From positions 32,001-96,000 of the IMG/VR virus record IMGVR_UViG_3300030376_006203: a DNA stretch of 64,000 bases; one strand, 5' to 3'. The stretch comes from a virus (taxonomy: Duplodnaviria > Caudoviricetes). A model generated the notes under the pieces. The model was given only the letters and a program-made list of their open reading frames with translations. It did not search any database and was not told the DNA's origin. Position 1 is the first letter of the stretch. The number at the start of each line of letters is the position of its first letter. This document shows, piece after piece, positions 58,081-64,000 of this stretch. The position numbers and the translations under genes are program-made.

Positions 58081-59098
58081 ATAGTTTCCCAAATTTATTG
58101 CTTGTAAATATTTCCAATGGAACATCTTCTTGTTTTTGAAATCCACTGCCAGATAATTTGCCTTCTGTGTAGGCTTGTACAACCGCACATACACCAGAAG
58201 CCGTTGTTCTTTGAATAGCATTCAAAGTTTTATCTCCGTATATTTTCTTTTGAAAAGTTCTTTCTTGTAATTTGCCATCTATCACGCCAATCACAGTAAT
58301 AAACATAACCACAACGTCTTTGGTTGTGTATGGGACTTCCTGATCAAACAAATCAATAAATTTTAATTTGTTGTGTTTTAGATTAAGGTCTTCTAATAAA
58401 AACTTCATATTAGAATGATGTCCAGGATATCTAATAGTCTTATAACTCATTGTCTTAACTTTGTCAGCAAATGTTTCACACATTGAAGCAACTCCGCCTG
58501 AAGTGTTGAATGCTTCATATTTGTTTCCATCTATGAATAAATGTTCCAATCCATCCAATGGTTGAACTTTAATCGCTTTGCCGTTTGAAATAACATCTAC
58601 ATCATTAATATATTCATTGATTAGACCTGAAGTTGACCATGTCAAATAATATGCCATACTGTTGGCTGTGTACATAGGCAACGCACCTACTCTCATTTTC
58701 ACTTTGTCTACTCTACTGAATTGTTTTATAAGATCCGATGCTATAATATTAACTGCTCCAGGAGCCAATCCACATTGTGGCATCATGAATGCTTCTGTTT
58801 TTAATCCTTTGATATGATCCGACACTGCGACATCTTCTGTAAGGTCAAAGTATGCTACATCATTTTCGGCACAGGCATCTGCTATTGATATATTAGCATC
58901 ATAAGAAGCACAACTAACAACTATGTCTTTGTCTTTAATAAACTCAGACAATGCGTGGTCATCATTGGCATCTATATGAATTGCATTTTGAATTTCGGTA
59001 TTTGAATCAACTAAAAAAACTTCATGCTTTTCTAATTTTAAGAAAGCACTTACTATACGTCCGATTTTTCCTGCTCCTACTACAACAATTTTTTTCAT
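58073..59098 (-). CDS. lysine 6-dehydrogenase / saccharopine dehydrogenase family
   Basis: GAGKIG, YFDLTED, CGLAPG, VGALP, TWS..GLINEY, EAFNTSGG, YKTIRYPGH. Confidence 0.88.
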   Translation of the reverse strand: MKKIVVVGAGKIGRIVSAFLKLEKHEVFLVDSNTEIQNAIHIDANDDHALSEFIKDKDIVVSCASYDANISIADACAENDVAYFDLTEDVAVSDHIKGLKTEAFMMPQCGLAPGAVNIIASDLIKQFSRVDKVKMRVGALPMYTANSMAYYLTWSTSGLINEYINDVDVISNGKAIKVQPLDGLEHLFIDGNKYEAFNTSGGVASMCETFADKVKTMSYKTIRYPGHHSNMKFLLEDLNLKHNKLKFIDLFDQEVPYTTKDVVVMFITVIGVIDGKLQERTFQKKIYGDKTLNAIQRTTASGVCAVVQAYTEGKLSGSGFQKQEDVPLEIFTSNKFGKLYE

Positions 59099-59101
59099 AA
59101 T

Positions 59102-59344
59102 TTATCTTCCTGTTTTACTTACAAATTTCTGTGGACCTTCAGTTATAAATTCGAGTCCGCTCATATTACCAATATAAACATTTTTTTCAATATTGTATTG
59201 TAATTGTAATTTAACTGTTTTTTGAAACACCACACTTAAGAACTGATTCTCTTTGAACGTGAGGATATTTGCTTCTACCTTTTGTCCATTTCTAGTGCAT
59301 TCAATAATACAATTATCATCGAAATGTATCGTTTCCATCGTCAT
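59102..59344 (-). CDS. hypothetical protein
   Basis: YIGNMSGLEF; start refined. Confidence 0.6.
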   Translation of the reverse strand: MTMETIHFDDNCIIECTRNGQKVEANILTFKENQFLSVVFQKTVKLQLQYNIEKNVYIGNMSGLEFITEGPQKFVSKTGR

Positions 59345-59546
59345 CCTTATTTTTATTTTTAAGTTGTTGAACTCTTTTGTAACTGATATAATAAATGAAA
59401 TCAACCCAAAGGACATTCATAAAATATCCTAGTAATGTCAGTCTCAATCCAAATAGGAAAGGTAACAAAAATATTGCCACCCACATAAAAAACAAATAGT
59501 GACTTATTCTTTCACCTGGCACTGACCAATACAGCCATTCATTCAT
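59316..59546 (-). CDS. membrane protein
   Basis: Two hydrophobic segments. Confidence 0.55.
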   Translation of the reverse strand: MNEWLYWSVPGERISHYLFFMWVAIFLLPFLFGLRLTLLGYFMNVLWVDFIYYISYKRVQQLKNKNKDDDGNDTFR

Positions 59547-59547
59547 A

Positions 59548-59745
59548 TTATAAAAAATTTCTTTTTAATTTCTGTGCTTTTTTAATATTAACTAATCTTT
59601 GTTTCGCTTTTTCTCTTTTTACTTCGCTTGGCTTTTGATAGTATTGTCTATCTTTTAACTCTTGAAAAACACCATCTCTTTTCATTTTCTTCTTCATTAC
59701 CCTTAATGCTTTTTCAACATTATTATTTCTAACTTCTATCTTCAA
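59548..59745 (-). CDS. rpsU: 30S ribosomal protein bS21
   Basis: VRNNNVEKALRVMKKK..ELKDRQYYQKPSE; GGAGG SD, TTG start. Confidence 0.92.
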   Translation of the reverse strand: MKIEVRNNNVEKALRVMKKKMKRDGVFQELKDRQYYQKPSEVKREKAKQRLVNIKKAQKLKRNFL

Positions 59746-59854
59746 TTTTCCTCCTGTTTCTGTTTTTAACCTTCGGTTACTCTAAATTAACTAAAATATA
59801 ACACTATTTGAGTATAAAGTCAACTACTTATTAAATATATTTGGAGATGTTAAA

Positions 59855-60028
59855 ATGGTTAAAAAATCTGACAGGGTTATCCGAAGAGAGCAGAAAAAAG
59901 CCAATAAACAGATCAAGAATCAGTCACGTCGTAAACCAAAAAGTGTGATTGAAGAACCTGAAAACGGTACAAGAACATTTCCAAAATCCCACATAATCAC
60001 CCTAGATGATCTGACTAAACCAGATTAA
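59855..60028 (+). CDS. small basic protein
   Basis: Manual ORF MVKKSDRVIRREQKKANKQ..ITLDDLTKPD; GGAG SD, TAAATA upstream. Confidence 0.5.
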   Translation: MVKKSDRVIRREQKKANKQIKNQSRRKPKSVIEEPENGTRTFPKSHIITLDDLTKPD

Positions 60029-60052
60029 GATAAATAGCACTTGTATTTTAGA

Positions 60053-60616
60053 TTATAAAATATGATCCGCTACTTTTAAATCCACTAATTGTTTTGCTGT
60101 GTAATATTGATCCGAAGGATTTTTTATAAATTTGGCATTAACTTCCTGCACACTCATTCCTGTTGCTTCACGTAGTATCTGCATACATCTTTGTTCACAG
60201 TTTCCATTTTCTTTCATCTGTGCTTTCATATCATGCATTTTGGAATCCATTGTGTCGGAGTGTTGATGATTCATTATGCCTGTGTTCTTACCAATGTAAC
60301 GTTCGCCTTGTTTACCACTGGCAAATATTAAGAAGCCTGCACTCATCACAGCACCAATGCCTATTGTAGAAACATTATGATGACTATTTTTCATCACATC
60401 AATTAATGCGAAAGATTCATACAAGTCTCCACCAACTGTGTTGATATACAAAACCAACTTACGTTTAGGTTTTTTCTGTAGATTGGCAGACAGTATCCAT
60501 TTGATTGCTTTGGCAATATTCTCTTCGTTTAACTCGCCGTTGAGATAATGAATGTCATTGTCAAAAAGACTGTTATCTGCTCTATCCTCTGCACTGTGAT
60601 TTTCGTATCTTTTCAT
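60053..60616 (-). CDS. clpP: ClpP protease proteolytic subunit
   Basis: LYINTVGG, MSAG (Ser), MNHQ (His), SDQY (Asp). Confidence 0.88.
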   Translation of the reverse strand: MKRYENHSAEDRADNSLFDNDIHYLNGELNEENIAKAIKWILSANLQKKPKRKLVLYINTVGGDLYESFALIDVMKNSHHNVSTIGIGAVMSAGFLIFASGKQGERYIGKNTGIMNHQHSDTMDSKMHDMKAQMKENGNCEQRCMQILREATGMSVQEVNAKFIKNPSDQYYTAKQLVDLKVADHIL

Positions 60617-60673
60617 AATATAGTGGTATTTATTTAAATTTTGTAATAACCATAAACTGCGTATTTAATGAGT

Positions 60674-61144
60674 TTATTTGAGCTCTTCTTGTGTCCAAGA
60701 TTGACTGGATAGTTCCGAATCTTCTGCCCATCTGATGAACAGTCCTAATTCTTTTCCATGTGCTTCTATTTCCCAAGGTTGATCCCAATAATTTGTCTGC
60801 TTGTTCACAGGGACATTTTGCCACTTGGTTTGTCCTGAACGGGACATATCTATCAATTCTCCTTTGGAGTATTGTTTCACATGAACCATCTCGTGAGCGA
60901 TAGTTTCCATGATCTTTCTTTTTGAACCAGTACTGTCTACTGTGATTGTAAATTCTTTTGGTCGGTGATTACTGTCATCGAAATCAACTTCACCAAGTAT
61001 TCCATCTTCCTTGTATAGAGTTTTGGAAAATTCTACGTCAATTGTTACTGAATCTTTTATCTTTAATTTGTTCGCACAATAATGAATCAGACTTTCTGTT
61101 AAATCAGTCACCTTCTTATTTGCCCCCGAGACCGTAACTAACAT
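60674..61144 (-). CDS. HEXXH zinc metalloprotein
   Basis: IAHEMVHVKQY..PWEIEA. Confidence 0.75.
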   Translation of the reverse strand: MLVTVSGANKKVTDLTESLIHYCANKLKIKDSVTIDVEFSKTLYKEDGILGEVDFDDSNHRPKEFTITVDSTGSKRKIMETIAHEMVHVKQYSKGELIDMSRSGQTKWQNVPVNKQTNYWDQPWEIEAHGKELGLFIRWAEDSELSSQSWTQEELK

Positions 61145-61308
61145 TATCCTTTTGCCAATTCCATAGCCAATTGTTTCAATTCATCCATTAAGAAGTTTAT
61201 TTCTTCTTCAGGCTTCTTATCTGCAACTGCTTTTTCTACTTCCATGCTCTTTGTTTTCATGGCAGTAAGTTTAATTTTTATATCTTGTATATTATGATAT
61301 TGTAACAT
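61144..61308 (-). CDS. small helical protein
   Basis: Manual 54-aa ORF, leaderless after TTGACA-17-TAATAT. Confidence 0.5.
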   Translation of the reverse strand: MLQYHNIQDIKIKLTAMKTKSMEVEKAVADKKPEEEINFLMDELKQLAMELAKG

Positions 61309-61347
61309 ACTTGTATATTAACACAAATACAAGTTGATGTCAATTAC

Positions 61348-62046
61348 CTATTTTTTGATTTTGGGAAATAAGGCGTCTGTACAGAAAAGTTCAACGTCTT
61401 CTTCTTTAAGTCCTAATGACTTCATTACCCTTGGAGTATGCGGATTTTGTTGTTGATTATGGCAATAGTAATTCTGTGCTTGAATGGTTTCTTCTTCATT
61501 TGCTGTGTTTTTGTAATCACCAATGGAATCAAAATAAACTTTTAAATTGGCTAATGCCATTTCCACAATGGCTTTGGATTCTTCTTCACTGCTGACATTT
61601 CCTGCCGCAACCATTGAACCACTGAATATGTTTAATGCCCATTGCGGTAATTCTCTTTTCTTACTAGGTACAAATTCTTCTACTGCTTCTTTAAACCAAT
61701 CTATCAAAGGATGTTCTTCGCCACCAGAACTTTTTGAAAAGTCATGAAAGGCTCCTGTCATTTTGTTTTTACCTGCTATAACATCAAATCCATATATAGG
61801 ACCGTTGTTATCCAAATTAGGAAAAATACACACGTGCATCATCCATAAACCTTTAGACTCTCTAGCATCTACCACATCTATATGGCAACGTCTACAATCT
61901 TCTGTTTGCCATACTCTATTAATCCAACCGTTATCAGGTTGATTAAATTGTGCCATGCCTTCTTCTTGAATTTCTTTACCTCTAGAATCAAATTCTTTTA
62001 TGATTTGTTCTTTACAGTCTATTAGTGTGTCCCAAATGATGCTCAT
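61348..62046 (-). CDS. pcyX: ferredoxin-dependent bilin reductase, PcyX/PcyA type
   Basis: RRCHIDVVD, WMMHVCIFP, PIYGFDVIAG, AFHDFS, RELPQWA..IFS, YCHNQQQNPHT; heme oxygenase upstream. Confidence 0.85.
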   Translation of the reverse strand: MSIIWDTLIDCKEQIIKEFDSRGKEIQEEGMAQFNQPDNGWINRVWQTEDCRRCHIDVVDARESKGLWMMHVCIFPNLDNNGPIYGFDVIAGKNKMTGAFHDFSKSSGGEEHPLIDWFKEAVEEFVPSKKRELPQWALNIFSGSMVAAGNVSSEEESKAIVEMALANLKVYFDSIGDYKNTANEEETIQAQNYYCHNQQQNPHTPRVMKSLGLKEEDVELFCTDALFPKIKK

Positions 62047-62258
62047 ATTAAATTTGAATCCGTGTGGTATATGAAAGGATCGTCTGTTTCTATACCTTTC
62101 AATGCTTTCACTCTTGTTTCTAAAGCATCTATTGTTGTATAGATGTGTCCTGTATCTGTTTCTTGAATTAAACTTTTAAAATATTTGATTTCGTCTTCTA
62201 GAACTTTTATTTTTATAAGATTACCAGGAAAGTCTTTGAATTTCTTTTTCCTAGGCAT
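62043..62258 (-). CDS. small hypothetical protein
   Basis: MPRKKK..DTGHIYTTI; start refined. Confidence 0.55.
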   Translation of the reverse strand: MPRKKKFKDFPGNLIKIKVLEDEIKYFKSLIQETDTGHIYTTIDALETRVKALKGIETDDPFIYHTDSNLI

Positions 62259-62787
62259 TGTGTAAATCTTTAAACAAGTCAGCGGCAAATTTGAAACACA
62301 GTCTGGCTTCATCTGCCATGCTGTCATCTGTTTTACTTCTGATTCTTTCTTTTACTTCTTTGATGTCTGCTCTACCAAACTCATACATTGTTCCGCTACC
62401 AGGTGCTCTTTTCTTAATCATTTGTCCACCTGATAAATCTCCCATGTGTCTAACATATATGTGAGCCATTAACTTTTTAGGATCATCTTTAATTGTTGCC
62501 ATGTGTTTAAGATATTCTTCTGTGCTAGGAGCAAGTTCTGGCATATCTTCTTTTTTCCATAATTCTTGAAAGTCTGCTAATATGGCAGGTGCTCTTCTAA
62601 TTTGCGGGAAGTCATTTAACAAACCATGTGACATCGCACAGGCTTCTAACAAATTGTATATTGCGTGTTGATTGTATAAAAATTCAGCATAAAGTTCCTC
62701 AGACATTTTGCCACTCATTAAAACTCTTACAAAGCCTTGTCTTTCTGCGTCTTGGTGTACTTCTTTTGTTAACTCTTTTAGTCCCAT
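62251..62787 (-). CDS. hemO: heme oxygenase
   Basis: LKELTKEVHQDAE, AHIYVRHMGDLSGGQ. Confidence 0.92.
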   Translation of the reverse strand: MGLKELTKEVHQDAERQGFVRVLMSGKMSEELYAEFLYNQHAIYNLLEACAMSHGLLNDFPQIRRAPAILADFQELWKKEDMPELAPSTEEYLKHMATIKDDPKKLMAHIYVRHMGDLSGGQMIKKRAPGSGTMYEFGRADIKEVKERIRSKTDDSMADEARLCFKFAADLFKDLHNA

Positions 62788-62930
62788 TAAAATCCTTCCG
62801 CAAACATTACCTTGGCATTTGGAAATCTTGCTTCAACTATTTGTTTGGCTTCTGAGGCAGTCCTGCCTTCTTCAGCAACTTTCATTGGTGCTTTGTTTTC
62901 CAGTGTTACCCAAAAGTAGTATTTGTTCAT
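62787..62930 (-). CDS. small hypothetical protein
   Basis: Manual 47-aa ORF MNKYYFWV..EAKQIVEARFP, coupled on both sides. Confidence 0.55.
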   Translation of the reverse strand: MNKYYFWVTLENKAPMKVAEEGRTASEAKQIVEARFPNAKVMFAEGF

Positions 62931-63232
62931 TCTTGTTCTATTTTTACTTGTAAAGGGAAACCTCTGTCTCTACTTTCGTTAGTGGCTTCTGTTCCTTTTT
63001 GTTCTGCTAATTCATATGTATATGTTCCGCAGACTGCTGAACCTTCTTTATGAATCTTTAGTGTTAGGTCTTTTGCTGTTTCTGGTTTGTGTTTGAATAT
63101 CTTTACCAATAACTCAATCACAAAATCCATTGGTGTGACTTCGTCATTCAATAAGATTACATGGTAATTCTTTGGAGTCTTTAATATTTGTTTTACTTTC
63201 GAGTCTACCTTTACTTCTAAATCTGTTGTCAT
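62927..63232 (-). CDS. clpS: ClpS N-degron adaptor
   Basis: YHVILLNDEVTPMDFV..IHKEGSAVCG.Y..E.AE.K..FPL. Confidence 0.92.
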   Translation of the reverse strand: MTTDLEVKVDSKVKQILKTPKNYHVILLNDEVTPMDFVIELLVKIFKHKPETAKDLTLKIHKEGSAVCGTYTYELAEQKGTEATNESRDRGFPLQVKIEQE

Positions 63233-63251
63233 TATACCTTCTTGTTTAAGT

Positions 63252-63273
63252 GGTAGGGTGTTGCCACCCTACC
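63252..63273 (-). other. stable GNRA-capped hairpin between hsp20 and clpS
   Basis: GGTAGGGTG-GCAA-CACCCTACC with no U-tract. Confidence 0.7.
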
Positions 63274-63283
63274 TATATTAAAA

Positions 63284-63727
63284 TTACTTAACTTCAATAG
63301 TTCTTGCTTTTTTACCTTCTGGAATTATACGTTCCATAGATATTTTCAATAAACCATCTTTAAGTTCTGCTCCCTTTACTTCTACATCATCAGCAATAGT
63401 AAATGATTTTGAAAACCATCTCTTGCTAATGCCTCTGTGAAGCATACCGTCCACGTCATTATCTTTGGCTTTTTCCTTAGATTTGACAGTCAACATATTG
63501 TCTTTGTATTCTACATCTATGTCGTCTTTTGAAAAACCTGCAAGTGCAAGTTCCACGTCATAAGTGTATTCACCAGTCTTCACTATGTTGTATGGTGGGA
63601 AGTTTGTAGCAACCATAGTATTGAAATTGTGATCATCAATCATTCTTTCAAAATGATCGAACACATTGTCGAATCCTACTGTTACTGGTCTTAATCGATT
63701 GAATATAGATAGTGCTTTATTTGTCAT
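63284..63727 (-). CDS. small heat-shock protein Hsp20 (IbpA-like)
   Basis: FPPYNI, ELALAGF, HRGIS.R.F, A.LKDGLL. Confidence 0.95.
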   Translation of the reverse strand: MTNKALSIFNRLRPVTVGFDNVFDHFERMIDDHNFNTMVATNFPPYNIVKTGEYTYDVELALAGFSKDDIDVEYKDNMLTVKSKEKAKDNDVDGMLHRGISKRWFSKSFTIADDVEVKGAELKDGLLKISMERIIPEGKKARTIEVK

Positions 63728-63790
63728 CGCTTTTCCTCCTTATTAAGCAAGTTAATTTAATGTAAGTCCTATCCAAGCAACTTACACTTT
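63728..63790 (-). promoter_or_regulatory. ROSE-like RNA thermometer in hsp20 5' UTR
   Basis: 5' hairpin UGUAAGU/ACUUACA, then CUUGCUU-AAU-AAGGAG with bulged G over the SD; GATAAATA at 63791-63798. Confidence 0.65.
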
Positions 63791-63841
63791 TATTTATCAC
63801 GTACTGTGATACTATATTATATAATAACTCATTAGGAAAAA

Positions 63842-64000
63842 TCAAGAGTCTAACCATATATTTTTTGTATCTTTTTTACCAAAATCTTTGCTTTGATACC
63901 CTTCCCTTACTTCAATTGTAAAAGATTTGCCTCTGGTATCTGCTGTAAGATGATATTCAAATCCATCATATTGAACATGGCATATTACGGGCCAACCTTC
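63842..64000 (-). CDS. hypothetical protein, C-terminal part (truncated at window edge)
   Basis: Open frame EGWPVICHVQYDG..KNIWLDS-stop. Confidence 0.5.
   Translation of the reverse strand, partial: EGWPVICHVQYDGFEYHLTADTRGKSFTIEVREGYQSKDFGKKDTKNIWLDS

Noticed and set aside
58081-58221. N-terminal extension of the ALDH overlapping the dehydrogenase
   Set aside because: Artefact of the longest-ORF call; the ATG at 58080 gives normal translational coupling
61348-62787. Cyanophage assignment from ho1/pcyA-like genes
   Set aside because: No photosystem, hli or petF genes in the window; FdxA, ClpA/ClpS and the ROSE-like element point to a proteobacterial host
273-62953. Numerous plus-strand ORFs in the six-frame track
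   Set aside because: They are antisense shadows of well-supported minus-strand genes with no motifs or start signals; only four plus-strand genes are credible
63252-63273. Hairpin as an intrinsic terminator
   Set aside because: No U-tract follows on the coding strand; more likely an mRNA stability or processing element
1-64000. tRNA, rRNA, CRISPR array, integrase/transposase, intron/intein, reverse transcriptase (DGR)
   Set aside because: Intergenic gaps are short; I saw no cloverleaf, spaced direct repeats or relevant protein motifs by eye
1-64000. Stop-codon reassignment as in some jumbo phages
   Set aside because: Conserved enzymes are full length in the standard code and TAA, TAG and TGA all occur at gene ends

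Overview
AT-rich, densely coding 64 kb segment of a large T4-like (jumbo-type) myovirus, almost entirely on the minus strand. The host is probably a marine alphaproteobacterium (inferred from the FdxA, ClpA/ClpS, ROSE-like element and hemO-pcyX pair). From right to left in transcription order: (i) host-takeover and auxiliary metabolic genes (Hsp20, ClpS, heme oxygenase plus PcyX-type bilin reductase, ClpP, ribosomal protein bS21, a lysine/saccharopine dehydrogenase + ALDH7 + dioxygenase operon, DNA ligase, QueD, UvsE, SOD, IscA); (ii) a tail/baseplate module with fibre proteins and a subtilisin; (iii) GroES, SET protein, clamp loader, FdxA, Nth, ThyX, parvulin, PhoH; (iv) a lysis region (M15 endolysin, spanins); (v) DNA MTase, DnaJ, PDF, ClpA; (vi) a run of proteins with N-termini resembling the T4 capsid-targeting sequence, probably injected head cargo. 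Most interesting signals: a candidate preQ-type riboswitch before queD, a ROSE-like RNA thermometer before hsp20, pervasive leaderless transcripts, a complete phage ClpS/ClpA/ClpP + PDF N-degron set, a lysine-catabolism operon, and capsid-targeted enzymes. All calls are by eye from motifs; no database searches were run.
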